A DNA stretch of 63,679 nucleotides, filler included, from Octopus bimaculoides (lineage: Eukaryota), in NCBI RefSeq assembly GCF_001194135.2. It is 10 parts of 8 records of this genome, joined end to end, with 100 filler letters (N's around TTAATTAATTAA, not from the genome) between each part and the next. Parts side by side here need not be neighbours in the genome. Positions count along the whole stretch, not along the records: positions 24,604 to 27,598 come from NC_068983.1; positions 27,699 to 30,644 come from NC_068983.1; positions 30,745 to 40,729 come from NC_068982.1; 7 more parts are not named here. One strand, 5' to 3'. Of this stretch, positions 24,504-38,000 are shown piece by piece. The number at the start of each line of letters is the position of its first letter. Position 1 is the first letter of the stretch. The notes under the pieces are model-generated. The model did no database searches, had not been told where the DNA came from, and saw only the letters and a program-made list of their open reading frames with translations. A program made the translations under genes and the position numbers.

Positions 24504-25994
24504 NNNNNNNNNNNNNNNNNNNNNNNNNNNNNNNNNNNNNNNNNNNNTTAATTAATTAANNNNNNNNNNNNNNNNNNNNNNNNNNNNNNNNNNNNNNNNN
24601 NNNCTTTGAAAAACAAAATTGGCATCTTGAAATTTCATTAAGCCTCAGTCACCTGTTAATCACAGAATGTCTCTAAATACATTGTCTCTTTCGTTCAGCA
24701 TTCTTTAATCTTTTCTGTCCTCTCTTTCTTCCTCTCTCCCCTTTCTTTCTCTTTTCTCTTTCTCCTTTTCTAAATAATCCAAAAAACATCCTCGTTTTGA
24801 TTTGATAAAAGGCAAAAAAAAAAATCTCTGTAAAACTTATCTCAATAATCTCCCTCAAGAGGACGATAGCGCTAAAGAATTACCCCAAATTACGAGCACT
24901 TCCTTTTTTTTAATATGCATATGTGAGTATGATGTGTATGTGCGAGTGCGCAAGCGTGAGTGTGTTTGTGCGCGTGTGTATACATATATAGTATATTTTG
25001 CATTTACGGTTAGATGTACGACAACAATATATTTAAATTGCTCTATGTAGAGATTATGGTATGTATGCATATATAAATACAATAAATTTTGGGAATTTTT
25101 TTCTTTTATCTCACAGGACTTTGCTGAATTGCAATGTTTCTTTATACAGTATATGCTTCCCTTTAATATCTTTGTTTAGGCAAACTCTGTTATTTTCTAA
25201 ATCCAGAATATTCAGAAATTTAACCCCTTTTTATTTGCTATGCCACTGTTATTTGAAATCCCAATGGCTTGACGTAATGCATAATATCATTTTTAGATTT
25301 ATGTCTATGTCTGTTTTGTAAAAGCAAACTGTCAATTAGATACAAAATAAATTTATGAATGAAAACTTTCATTTTGTGTAAGTTATATAAACCAACTTCC
25401 GTAGATGTGTTCTATTACATGCTAATTACAATGTGTCAGTTAGTGTCTTTGTTTGAACCTTTGCTGTTAGAAAAGATCACTTTCTTAATATTTAGTTTTA
25501 CAGAATAGTAAGGACGTACGAGGGGTTGTATGGTTTCGATTTTGGACGATGTCGCACTGAAAATAGATCCAGCCCTTGTAATAGTATTCGAAAGTATTTT
25601 AGGGTTAAGAGAAGCATAAAAGTAACATAAGTCTAAGTTTACACGCTGTTTACAGTAAATTTATCATAGCTTTCGTTTTCCATAGTAACTCATATTTCAT
25701 ACTATGTACAATAGGATGTATCTTTTTGCTAATTAAAGCTATATCCAATTTTTATTAGTGGAGCAATCTAGTAGAAGGACATTGTAATACATTTCGTTCA
25801 GGATTTGCAGACTTAAGGTATGATTCGTCAGTCTTAAGAATGTCTATTCTAAAATTTGTTACCAAACTTGTATCTAAGTCTTCAGATATATAGGCAGTAA
25901 CTGCCTATATATTTGTACGCGTATAACACAAACATACGCAAACACACTCACTCATATTTAGACGCACACACACACTTTAGATATACAGGAAGTA

Positions 25995-26219
25995 ATATAG
26001 AGGATGCGCTCCATTTCGGTGATGGCGCGATCGGGACAAGGCACGACGGTCAGGCGGTATTCGATGACGCACGCGATGTACGCGTTCGCCACCTCCGCCC
26101 GACCTTTTAGGGATAGCTTCCTCTCGACCCATTGCCGGCAGAGAGTGGCCACCCTACTCGTTATCTCGTCCCAGTTCTTCTCCCTTTGCAGGTCCGGACC
26201 GCACCAGACTCCGAGCATA
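25995..26219 (-). pseudogene. L1/Tx1-clade ORF2 fragment flanked by a 52-bp direct duplication
   Basis: MLGVWCGPDLQREKNWDEITSRVATLCRQWVERKLSLKGRAEVANAYIACVIEYRLTVVPCP. Direct repeats at 25906-25957 and 26218-26269. Confidence 0.8.
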
Positions 26220-27341
26220 TATATTTGTACGCGTATAATACAAACATCCGCAGACACACTCACTCATATACTTATAATCACATAACACACACACTCTCAA
26301 CACACAAATATATAAATTGTGCGTGTGTATTAGTCAGTTGGTTGTTCAAAATCACTAAAACCATTATGTTAATTCAGTTCCGCAATATCATTGAGACTAA
26401 ATTTTGAATATATAGAGTTAGGTATTGTTTTCTGTATTAAATTGCATAATAAATGTACGTTGTATATGAGAAAGACAAATACTGCATTCCAATAATCAAA
26501 TATATGATATTTGCAGACAAATATTTACATTTCTTTTTCTAAAACAAGGAAAGTTTCATTAAATAGTTATTTTCGTGGGCGTATGATGTGTTATAATTCA
26601 GATTTTGCAAGATGTTTTAAAGCAGAGATGAGTTATATTTGAAATGTACTATTAGTCCAATCATAAATATGACGCAATTAAACTGCAAATCCGGTTGTTG
26701 AGTCAGTTGCGATAATAACAAGTAAATCAATTACTAAATGCTAAAAAATGTAGGCTAATCTAATAAGTTACAATATGAGAGTAAACTAAAAGCAAAAAAA
26801 TATTTTAATCGAACTTCACATGGAGCAAAATATCAGATTGCGAAAAATCAGGATATTTTATCATATTTTAGAACGCTTAATCAAGTTAATTTTAGAGCAA
26901 ATTTCTTGATGTAGAGATAACAATTCTCAACTAATGCACTTCTATAAGCAGCTGAATCCATAGAACGTTGATCCTAATGTTTACCAATACTGTTAACAAT
27001 ACAAGGCTGTCATGGCATTCATTTCGTAAGCGTCAGGTTCCGGATTAAGTTCAACAATGTGGGTCCTTTGACACGTACTTCATATAATAGATTTGAATTT
27101 ACCAACATCTTAAGGCTGTTGATGGTCTGTCTCGATTTATATGTATCAGAGTAGGGCAACGATGCGTTCCATTATATCTCATACATTAAACTGTAACTGA
27201 GACATAAAATAATTACTGATCTATAAGATTGGCATCATACTGAACTATTTGCCAAGATTACGCATTTCCATCAATGGCTGTCCTCTTTTGGTTGTAATCT
27301 AATGATAAAACAAATAAAAATAAACAAATACTTGTCGTTGT

Positions 27342-27385
<44 letters not shown>

Positions 27386-27849
27386 CTCCATTTCGTCTTC
27401 TTCCCTCCACATGGTCCCTGAATTAAATTGCCAGATATATTCTTCTATTAAGCTGGTTTAATAAACTATATTCCTTCCCCAGTAAACTTATGTTTACTGA
27501 ACTGCTTAAAAAATCTAGGTTCCAGAAAAGCAAAGCATATATTGAATTACTCAGTTACATCATCTATACTATAAATTGCAGTGTTCTTGATTGCTTGGNN
27601 NNNNNNNNNNNNNNNNNNNNNNNNNNNNNNNNNNNNNNNNNNTTAATTAATTAANNNNNNNNNNNNNNNNNNNNNNNNNNNNNNNNNNNNNNNNNNNNAT
27701 GGTTTTCTTGAAGTTCATGTCTACAGTAAACAGAAGTTGGTATTATCAGAGAGAGAGAGAGAGAGGAAGAGAGAGAGAGAGAGAGAGAAAGAAAAAAGAA
27801 AGAAAGAGAAAGAAAGAAAGAAAGAAGGAAGGACAGACAAACAGAAGGC

Positions 27850-28465
27850 GGTTGATGGCAGAATTGTTAGAACGTTTGGGAAAGAAGTGGTTTGTGGTAT
27901 TCGTTCCTGCTCCTTAGGGTCTGAGTTCAAATCTCTTCGAGGTCAACTTTGCTTTCCATCTTTTCGAGGTCGATAAAATAAAGTACCAATCAAGTACTGG
28001 AGTTGATGGCATCTACTAACCTCCTCCTCTCAAAATGTTATGTCTTGTACCTAAATTAGAAATAATTAATTGCCTGGTACTTTTTTGATCGACCCCCAAA
28101 AGGACGAAAGGCAAAGTCAATCCCGGCGGAATTTGAACTCAGAATGTGGAGAGTCGGAGTATATGTCCCAAAGCATTTTGTCAGACGTGCTAACGATTCT
28201 GCCAGCTTACTGCTCTACCAATAAATAAATAAATGAATGAATAAATAAATAGATATTTTTTTCTTTCTACCATAGGCACTAGGTCTTAAATTTTGGAGGA
28301 GGAAGCTAATCGATTATATTGATGCCAGTGATCAACAGGTCCTTATCTTATTGATCCCGATGGGACGAAAAGCAAAGTCAACCTTAGTTAAGAATATGAA
28401 AAGGGCTGGAAGAAATGCCGCTGAGCATTTTGTTCGACGCGCTAACGATTGTGCCAGCTCACCAC
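27850..28465. mobile_element. Cluster of three SINE family B copies (+, -, -)
   Basis: GAGTTCAAAT..GAGGTCAACTTTGC on + at about 27922. GGCAAAGTCAATCCCGGCGGAATTTGAACTCAGAA at about 28110 and a third degenerate copy at about 28370. Confidence 0.75.
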
Positions 28466-29268
28466 CTTACAGAAATAACCATAATAATACAGAGTATTTC
28501 CCAGTCCCGTCCAATACGCCCCTGTTTGTCAATGTAAATCTCTTAAGTCTCAAAGAATACATCTTCGATCTGATGAAGCGAAATATAAGCAGATAACAGT
28601 AAGTTCAGATGGAGAGAGAGATTAGTAAATAATTCAAAATAGATTTAACATTATTGAAACAAGAGGATAAAGATATTTTCCAGTTCACACATGAAAGACG
28701 CAAAGAGAACGGGTTAGCTTCTTGCGCTCTTTATGTGGGAATGATATTTTCCTTTCTCTTTTCAGATTAATTGAGTAAATCAGGCGTTAGAGAATCAAAT
28801 AAAACACTGATAGATCAAATCATAGAAGGAGCTGAAATTTAGTTTGATAACGCGGGGGTTGTATTGTTATTGTTTCTTTGGACAAAAGGTCACTGAAAAT
28901 ACAACATCTCTCTTCCCACCTCCTCCTCTCTCACTCTCTCACTATACAATCCTCTCTTTCTCTCTTTCTTTTCTTACTTCTCCACCCTCGTAATATAATT
29001 CTGTAATGAAAAAAAAAAATAAGTGGAAAGACACTTCAAAACCTCATTTAAAATGTGATTCAGAAATTTTGAAATGGATATTGTTTCCAAAAATACTCTA
29101 CGATCTCGTTGAGAAACCTCTTGATCCAATGAGACGGTCTCTCTTTTGTCGCTTATCCTGCTAAAAATAGCAGCACAGCTACACCTCGAACAGATTACAC
29201 ATTGCTATCTTTAAAAAAATTCGAATACAAAAACAGAATGCTATATCGGATAATGTAATCTTTTACTT

Positions 29269-29560
29269 CAGGGGTTCACAACTATGAACCCTTTGATTCC
29301 TATTTTATTTTGTTGGACCCTCATAGATATTCGATGTTCAAAAAAATCCTATTGTATTTTTATAATTAAATACCAAAAACTGCATAAAAATTGTTAAAAT
29401 ATTTTTGTATTGTAGAAGAAACCAATTTATTGCACATAAATTTTACTGGTCTGAAGCACAGTCTTTCATGGCTCCTGAAAAATAACCATTGATCCCTAAT
29501 TTTCTATATTGCATCCGTGGACCCCAAAAATCTTATATCGACCCCGGTTGAGACCCCTTG
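29269..29560. mobile_element. hAT-type MITE
   Basis: Termini CAGGGGTTCACAACT / GGTTGAGACCCCTTG. Flanking 8-mers TTTTACTT / CTTTACAT are consistent with a decayed 8-bp TSD. Confidence 0.6.
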
Positions 29561-29854
29561 CTTTACATGGAAAGCAACATGTACTATATTTTGTCACTAA
29601 GTGATTGGGTGTCGGAAACCTTAGTCTCGCTGATGGTTTCAACATCCACAACAAGTAAACCCCAAATTGTTTAGCAAGGGCTTTGTTTTCAGATACGCCT
29701 CAAGCTGCAAGGGCATTCAAACGACTATATTTGCAGTCGACGAAAAGACAATAAAATAAGAGGATACTAACCAATAATGCGTGTGTGAGTGTGCATGTGC
29801 GTGTGTGTGCGTGCGTGTGTGTCCGTGTGCGTGTGTGTGTGTGTGTGCTAAAGG

Positions 29855-30025
29855 CTATCGCTTGTGACAAAGTAGTTCGATAAATAGAGCTCGATAAAAC
29901 AAGGGCCAAACTTTAAAAAAAATAAATGAATAAATACTGGAGGGTGTATATGTGATTGACTAAATCCTTAAAAAAAGAAGATAGTACACCAGTATGGTCG
30001 CAATCCAGTCACTGAAACCTAATAG
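29855..30025 (+). mobile_element. Degenerate SINE family A tail
   Basis: ATCGCTTGTGACAA...CCAGTATGGTCGCAATCCAGTCACTGAAAC. Confidence 0.45.
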
Positions 30026-30367
30026 ACGTTCAAAAGAGCAAACTAGCAAACCCAAAACCGTGGATACAAAATATATTGATGGCCCGCTTCTCAAATACTC
30101 ATATTTATAATGAAAGATTCTGTGGTGTCTTGAAAAATATCAGTTCTTCTTACCATTTCGAACAAACCAAATCCTAGATTTTTCTTTTTATGGGTGGTAT
30201 TTATTATATGTCTCTTTGGTCGAACTGCTAATTTACGGAGACGTAAACAAACCAATGCCGGACGTCAAGCGGGGCGAGAGGAAAGCAGGCACAAACACAC
30301 ACGCACAAACACACAATATGTGTGTGTATGTGTGTATTATGTGAGTGCGTGTGTGTGTGTGTGTGTA

Positions 30368-30415
<48 letters not shown>

Positions 30416-30424
30416 TGTGTGTGT

Positions 30425-30632
30425 GTTTGTCCCCTCCCCCCCACCATCGCTTGACAACCGATGTTGGTGTGTTTACGTTCCCCGTGACTTAGCGGTTCGG
30501 CAAAAGAGACCGATAGAATAAGTACTAGGCTTACAAATAATAAGTCTGGAGGTCGACTTGTTCGACTAAAGGCGGTGCTCTAGCATGGCCGCAGTCAAAT
30601 GACTGAAACAAATAAAAGAGTAAAAGAATTAA
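30425..30632 (+). mobile_element. SINE family A tail after (TG)n
   Basis: Close match to 4640-4835. Confidence 0.8.
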
Positions 30633-30903
30633 AGAATATATATANNNNNNNNNNNNNNNNNNNNNNNNNNNNNNNNNNNNNNNNNNNNTTAATTAATTAA
30701 NNNNNNNNNNNNNNNNNNNNNNNNNNNNNNNNNNNNNNNNNNNNTTTTTTCATTTTCGAAAAGAAAAGCTCTACATTTGTAATTGTCCCCTCTGTGTTCA
30801 GTCCTGGCTAATAAAGAAAGTTATCTATTTATCTATCTATCTGTCTGTCATACACACAAATAAGTAAATATATATAGATATGTATATACACAAGAGAGAG
30901 AGG

Positions 30904-30945
<42 letters not shown>

Positions 30946-31502
30946 GAGAGAGAGTGAGAGTAAGAGAGAAAGGGAAGAGGGAAAAGGAGGGTGAGAAAGA
31001 GAGTGAGAGAAATACTAAGGCAGTAACACGAGATGAATTGATTACTGGACAAGATGTGACAAGAAATGAAACACAGAATACAGATATATACAAATATGGT
31101 ATATATGAAAGGCTGGTGGTGCTAGAAATATATTACATATTACGGCACTATTGGCAATACTTACTTCAGATAAACCTATTAAAATATATATCCGAGTTGG
31201 TTGTTATTCCAGTTTTTTTTATATCCTTCTTCCATTACTGATTGCAATAGAGATTTTTTTTTACATTCAGAATATTCTATACCTTCGCCCCACATCACCA
31301 CCACAAACACTACAAAAAAATAAAGGAAAACGACATAAAATATAAAATATACTGTAATACGATAATAATAAACAAGTTTAAAGTGTTATGTTTCACGTTG
31401 AGACGTTTAAATCTATGTGCATGTGTCTTATAAGTCACATTCCCATCTAATAGTCTCTCCCCGTCTCCCCCCTTCTGTCTCTCTTTCTGCTAACACGTCG
31501 CC

Positions 31503-31545
<43 letters not shown>

Positions 31546-31569
31546 TGATGATGATAATAATAATAATCC

Positions 31570-31778
31570 TTTCTACTAAAGGTACAAGGCCTGAAATTTT
31601 GGGGAGAGGGATAGTCGATTACATCGACCCAGTGTTTAACTGGTACTTATTTCCTCGATCTCCGAAAGGATGAAAGGTAAAGTCGACCTCGGCGGAATTT
31701 GAACTCAGAACTTAAAGACGGACGAATTGCCGCTATGTATTTTGCCCGGCGTGCTATCGATTCTGCTAACTCGCCGTC
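31570..31778 (-). mobile_element. SINE family B copy
   Basis: AAAGTCGACCTCGGCGGAATTTGAACTCAGAAC...GCCCGGCGTGCTATCGATTCTGCTAACTCGCC. Confidence 0.85.
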
Positions 31779-31799
31779 TTACCAACAACAACAACAACA

Positions 31800-32510
31800 A
31801 ACAACTTGAGAAAAAAATATATGGAGAGAATGTGTCAGAAAGATGTAGAGCCTGTAGAACTTGGAACGAGACAGTGGCGCACATTGTGACAGAATGTCCC
31901 AGGTTGGAACTGGAAGAATATAAGAAATGGAGACACAACCAGATCGTAAAAGTTATAGAGTGGAAACTGTGCCAGAAATGGGGATTTGCAGTTGGAAACA
32001 GATGGTACATTCAAGTAGAAAGCGTGCTGGAGTCGGAGACATGTAACATTTTGTGGGGTTTTCCTATTCAAACGAACAAGAAATTAGAAAACAATAGACC
32101 AGATATAACGATTGTAGATAAGGAAAAGCGAAGTTGCTTACTTATCGACCCATCATACCGGTTTGATTCCAGGATCGTAAAGAAAGAGGAAGAAAAAAAT
32201 ACAGTCCCTTAAAATTTGAAATAGGAAAAAAAATTGGAGCATGCGAATAGTAAATGTCATGCCTATAATAATTGGGGCGTTGGGAACAGTAAGCCAAAAC
32301 ATAGACAAATAGACGAGGGAGATTGAAATAGAATGCCCGGTAGAGTTCCTACAGAAAGTTTGTCTCTTACTGATAGCAAGGATTATCAGGAGAATTCTAA
32401 GCACTTGAAAGACTGCTGAAAACTTGTGGATACCTAAGGTTACAGGTAGTAACTCGCTATCCATATAATTCCTACCAGGAATAAGACCGAACCTGAGCCA
32501 AACCAAAATA
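31800..32510 (+). pseudogene. R4/Dong-clade non-LTR retrotransposon 3' part (CCHC knuckle plus restriction-like endonuclease)
   Basis: CRACRTWNETVAHIVTEC, KKWRHNQI, and RPDITIVDKEKRSCLLID. Followed by a TAA-rich tail. Confidence 0.85.
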
Positions 32511-32571
32511 ACAATAATAATAATGATAAAAATCATCATCATCATCAACATTATTATTATTATTATTATTG

Positions 32572-32707
32572 TTCAGTAGTTTTATTTTTATAACGTGCTT
32601 TCACTTCACTACCGAGCGCAGCTCTGTGTGCCTTGGGTATGTGCTGTGGTTTGCTGTGATGCTCTTATGGTTACTGTATTGAAAGTGTTTTGCGTAGGAT
32701 GTGTGCA

Positions 32708-32710
<3 letters not shown>
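32572..32710 (-). mobile_element. 3' end of a second R4/Dong-like family, embedded in (TTA)n
   Basis: Near-identical to 42113-42300 and 50379-50588 in reverse orientation. Confidence 0.8.
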
Positions 32711-32744
<34 letters not shown>

Positions 32745-32745
<1 letters not shown>

Positions 32746-33165
32746 GCGGGATTTCATCTACTGCTACGTTCTGAGTTCAAATTCTACCGAAGTCGACTTT
32801 GTCTTTCATCCTTTTGTTGTCAATAAATTAAGTACCAGTGAAACACTGGGGTCGATGTAATCGACTAGTCCGTTACCCTAAAATTTCACGCATTGTGCCT
32901 TTAGTAGAAAAGACTGTTGTCATTATTATCATTTGGGCAATTCAACAATTATTTAAAGATGACGAGCTGGCAGAATTGTTAAAGCGTCAGAAAAATACCT
33001 TGCGGTATTTGTTCTACGTCTTTACACTTTGAGTTTAAATCCTGCCAAGATCAACTTTGCCTTTCTTTCCTCTAGGGTCAATAAATAAAGTACCAGTCAC
33101 GTATTGGGGTCGATGGTACCGACTAATCCCCTCCCCTACAATTGCTAGCCTTGTGCCAAAATTAG
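32745..33165 (+). mobile_element. Two SINE family B copies
   Basis: TTCTGAGTTCAAATTCTACCGAAGTCGACTTTG at about 32770. GAGCTGGCAGAATTG...GAGTTTAAATCCTGCCAAGATCAACTTTG at about 32964-33060. Confidence 0.8.
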
Positions 33166-34063
33166 AAACTATTATTATTTAGCAAATATTGGATTGTCCG
33201 GAAAGTTCGTGCCGATTTATAGTAGCTTACTTTTCGACTTATTTGCCATGAAACCACCTCATTCTGGGAAGAGGGTAGTTTCAAGTTAAAGGAAAGATAG
33301 AGACGCATTGTGCAACAACGTGGTTCATATTTGGTTGATTAAAAATGTAATGGCAAGTATTTATTGACCTTTTTCTTTCCTTTAAAAATCGGCACGCTAA
33401 TTTAATTAGCAGGAATTTTATCGTGAGGTTTGGTGACAAGTCTCCCCAAGTCTTAAAAATCTTCCCTAGGATACTTGCAGAATATAGAATGGTACTATGT
33501 GAACATGTCTCCAAACACTCATCAGATATGAAAAGTATATAGCATGACTATTAAATATTGACAGTGTATGCAATGTTCAGCAGTGGGAGACTAATGTGCA
33601 CAACTCATTTACGTTGTAAGGTATATTGTATTGACTATGACATTTTACAACTGAACCATAGGAAAAGTAGTCTTTGCGACTGTTTTCTTTTTATTAGTGT
33701 AATGACAGGCAGGTGGAACACATATATACTTAGGTTTCGATAATGCTGCTTTCTAATGCGTGAACTAGATTTAATGTATCGAATTCATTTTTTAACAATC
33801 GGTCGCTTGAACTTGTCTAACAAGTATTGAAAAAAATCGATGTTATTCTAGGGAACTTCAATCGAAAACCTCGAGTTACTAGGGCATCGGACAACCGGCC
33901 GAAAAGATCTACCATAGTTACCATGATGAAATCTAAGCCTAGCTACAAACAGGCTCTTCAGAGTTGTATAATTCACAAATGTATTCAGAGGCAGTATCTA
34001 GGATTTTCCCGGGTGTCTTAAAAACTGTATCTTAGATCAGTAATCTGGTGCCTGAGGACTGTG

Positions 34064-34966
34064 GGATCTATTTCAAAACGGGGCACCAGTTTTCATTTAT
34101 GTTTTATGTAGTGTTTTTGGTACCGAAAGACTTTCAAACTTCGTATACTTATCTATTTTGTGTTATAGAACAGAAAAAAAATTTTGTATTCGAATTTATT
34201 TCATGTAAAAAATTGTCTTATTTCGATAATTTCTACTAATCACTGACGTCTATTCAGTTGAAAACAGTTAGCGCTGTAACGGTGTATATCGTATTCATCC
34301 CCTAACCGTAACCCTAACCCTAACTAGACTGTTAACCCTAACCCTAACCCTAAAACTAACCCTAACTCTAGAATCCGAACTCTAAAATTGTTACACACAT
34401 AGATACGCACAGCGTAATTTATTATATAAACAATATATGCGTATAAATTACGATTAAACCGGATGAAATATGTCACAGGGAATAACATTTTTATGACCGC
34501 CCAGCAGTAACNNNNNNNNNNACGGTGTATATCGTATTCATCCCCTAACCGTAACCCTAACCCTAACTAGACTGTTAACCCTAACCCTAACCCTAAAACT
34601 AACCCTAACTCTAGAATCCGAACTCTAAAATTGTTACACACATAGATACGCACAGCGTAATTTATTATATAAACAATATATGCGTATAAATTACGATTAA
34701 ACCGGATGAAATATGTCACAGGGAATAACATTTTTATGACCGCCCAGCAGTAACTCTATTCAGCTGAATAGACGTCAGTGATTGGTTGAAATTACAGAAA
34801 TACGACAACTTTCACATGGAATAACTTGCGATGTACGTTTTTTTGTTAAGAAGACTAAGAGTAAAAGATGTTTTATATGACACATTCTACCAGTGTACCA
34901 AGTTTCAATGTGTTTCGTTAGTGTTTCGTTAAGAAAATACTGGTGCCCCCGTTTTGAAATAGATCC
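34064..34966. mobile_element. Non-autonomous foldback DNA transposon with long inverted arms, an 8-bp TSD and internal telomere-like repeats
   Basis: Termini GGATCTATTTCAAAACGGGG / CCCCGTTTTGAAATAGATCC. GGACTGTG at 34056-34063 and 34967-34974. Inner inverted match AATCACTGACGTCTATTCAG / CTGAATAGACGTCAGTGATT. CCCTAA runs inside. Confidence 0.85.
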
Positions 34967-35899
34967 GGACTGTGTCCGAGTATCTTAAAACTGTTATCTG
35001 ATATCTTAGAACTGTAATCCTGTATCATGGAATTGTAGTACATAGATTCTATCATTGTAAGAAATTCACACATTTTACTGATTCGAGCTAAGTGCATGAC
35101 TAGCACTCAATTCATCGACATGGTACCCTTTTTTCTATCCGGACGCATGAAACTTGAAAGATAAATTCGTCCTCGAGTTAGACTTTAAATCAGACGCAGA
35201 GAGACGAAAATTTAGAGAGTGAATATTTAATCTAGCACTTTTACTATTTTCTTTCTTTTACAATCAGAACTGTGATATGTGTGTGTTTGTGTATATAAAC
35301 ACACTATCATATACATACATACATACATACATGTGTGTGTGTGTGTGTGTGTGTGTACACGCTAACCCCAGGCAACTTTGTATTTGGAATATAGTATCAG
35401 AATTTTATATTGGGTAAGGATATAGAGAAAGAAAGAAAGCCAAATGAAAGAGAGACGAATTGAGTTGGTGGGTATGTACATGTGTATGTTTACGACAAGA
35501 AATAAAAGCAAAAAGAAAATATTTTTTCTTACGCTTATTTTATTCGATTAGAGAAATAGTCACGGGAAATTCTTAAGTTTAGAAANNNNNNNNNNAAAAA
35601 AAAAAAAAAAAAAAAGGAAAGAAAAGAAAAGAAAAAATAGCGGCAAGATCTATGAGGAAAAAGTAATGAAAAATTGAACGAAAGGACGCTGAAAAAATGA
35701 TATCTACAAATATTATTATATATATTATTACATTACATTTTTCGTGTATGTATTACATTATTTTGTCTTAATTTTAACTTGACTATTTTCTACAAACTTA
35801 GGACTATATGTTTGCAGAATTGCTAATACACAATAGAATATACAATACCCAGTTATTTCAATAAGCGATGCTGAAACTAAATAAAATACTATAGCTTTT

Positions 35900-36810
35900 T
35901 AAAGGTGGTCATTTAAGAATCAGACAAATGCCTCGCGGTAATTTTTCCGTCTCTTTGCGTATTTATATCCAAACACGGTCGAATTCAACTTTGCCTTTCA
36001 TCTCTCTGGGGTCAAAAAATGAATTACCAGTCAAATACTAAAACTGATTGATTTTTCTGTCTCCTCTAACTCTCACCGAATGGAGTAATGAGCTTGATTC
36101 TTTCTCTGTCCCCTTCTTTCACTCATGCAGGGTGTATTGTATCAGGCTCCTGCAGGACTACATACGTTGTTCCTTGTTTCTAAGAAACGGATAAAGGTTG
36201 AACGTGGAGTAAGCAACCTCTTCTTATTTACTATACTTCAAACATTGGCAAAAAAGAAAAAAGAAAAAGAAACAGAGATGGAGACTGTGGACGGACTGTT
36301 TCACTATACGGCACAAGTAATCACTTCCTTTTTAAACCAGTAGAAAGTCTGTTACTGATAAGAAAGAGAAAATACAATCGTGTTTAGTTATGTTGCTTCA
36401 TGTTCTGAGGTCAAATTTCACCGATTTCGACTTTGTCTTTGAACCTTCTTGCAGGATCGATAAAATAAGGTCAAATCAAGTACCAGAGTCGATTCAGTCG
36501 ACTCATAGCCCTCTCATATGTCGTGTTTTGACCTTATGTTAAAATCATTATAACTGGTTACAATGTCAGAAACGGTAGAACGCCCGACAAAATACACCAC
36601 AGTGTTTACTGTATTTTCTTTTTACATTCTAAGTTAAAATCTTACCAAGATTAAATTTGTCATTCCGAGTTTAAATTTGGCCGGTGTTGACTTGTCTTCT
36701 ATCTTTTCTTTCTCCGGGACTGATGAAATTGAACATCAGTCGAGAACTGGAATCGATCAAATCTACTGACTATGCCTCTACCCAAAGGTGCGTAACCTTG
36801 TGTTTGGAGT
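35900..36810 (+). mobile_element. Three degenerate SINE family B copies
   Basis: Partial AATTC..TCAACTTTGCCTTTCATC and GATAAAATAAG motifs at about 35980, 36410 and 36670. Boundaries approximate. Confidence 0.55.
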
Positions 36811-37839
36811 GATCATTGATCTTTTTGGGAAAGAAGTGAATTGGCCGTGTAGTAGATTACTAATCTATATATTTATGCTATTTAATAAAGCTTGTTGCTA
36901 AATTGGTAGTCTAATGATGTTCTTCGTCAATATGGATCAAATTGAAAATAAAAACTGAAGAAAGGTATGGTAATGGTGAGCCAGAAGATGAAGGCAAGAA
37001 AATTGCTCCAGACAAGATTTAGACACTATTGATTTGGTCCTGTTTGTTACATTAATTGCTTGAGTTTCTATTCTGGTGTTTCAGAAATTATTGAAAACAA
37101 AGAGGTAATATTTATGCCCTGGTGATTTCGACGCTGGAGATGGCGAGGATTTATCTCCCCTCTTGCGATATATAAAAAAAATGCATTTTGTATCAAAATC
37201 CATTATAAGAGTTTCTTTCATGGTATCTATCGCAGTATAGTTCGTTTTAAAAGAGCATCTACGTTTAAGTGAGGATAAATATTATCTCACGGTATTTATA
37301 CTGCCTCTGTCCCTAATATATATGATTGAAAATTAGGAAGCCCAGTGCTGTTATTTTTTTTTAAACCAATAATTATTTAATGAATAAAAAACAATTATGC
37401 TTCCTAAAATTCGGCTTTATAACAAGTCAGTGAGTAATTAAATACATAAACGGTCCAGTTCCATTCAAAGAGTTGTATGTCGGGTGAATTACGAGTTATA
37501 CGAAATTTGAAATGTAATGGAAATACGTTCCCACATAAAGGTACTAAAGAACAAGAAATATTTAGATATAGGTAGCAGTAAAACAAAGTGATGTAAAAAA
37601 GAAATTAAATATTGACCACGTAGAAGAGAAAATAGTTTTGGTTTTTATTCGTTGAAGTTTTTCATATTCATTTATGCATGTGAAAAAGGATTGGGCAGAT
37701 ATCAAACACAGCTTTTGTTTGTTTATTATGATTCAACCGTTTAATGCATAGAATGAGAACTTCTATTGTGTCTGATATAATTTATAAGGCCTAATATATT
37801 TTGATATACTGTTAATTTGTACCAAAGTTCAACACAAAT

Positions 37840-37965
37840 TCTTTTCTAGGCACAAGGCTCGAAATTTTGGGGGTGGAGGTCAATCGATTAGATCGATTCC
37901 AGTATACAACTCGTACTTAATTTATCAACTCCGAAAGGATGAAAGTCGACCTCGGCGGAAATTCA
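37840..37965 (-). mobile_element. SINE family B 3' half
   Basis: AGGCACAAGGCTCGAAATTTTGGGGG...GAAAGGATGAAAGTCGACCTCGGCGGAATT. Confidence 0.75.
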
Positions 37966-38000
37966 ATACAAATTATTATGTATATTTATCACTTGACCGT

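Noticed and set aside
28740-28800. Strong-looking splice acceptor CCTTTCTCTTTTCAG
   Set aside because: All three frames stop within a few codons and there is no supporting donor.
34044-34090. CTGGTGC-CTGAGGA...AAAACG-GG-GCACCAG hammerhead-like match
   Set aside because: No stem II and no UH triplet, and it straddles a transposon junction, so it is coincidental.
34279-34754. Exact 233-bp tandem duplication (34279-34511 / 34522-34754)
   Set aside because: Identical copies separated by a 10-N gap, most likely unmerged overlapping contig ends.
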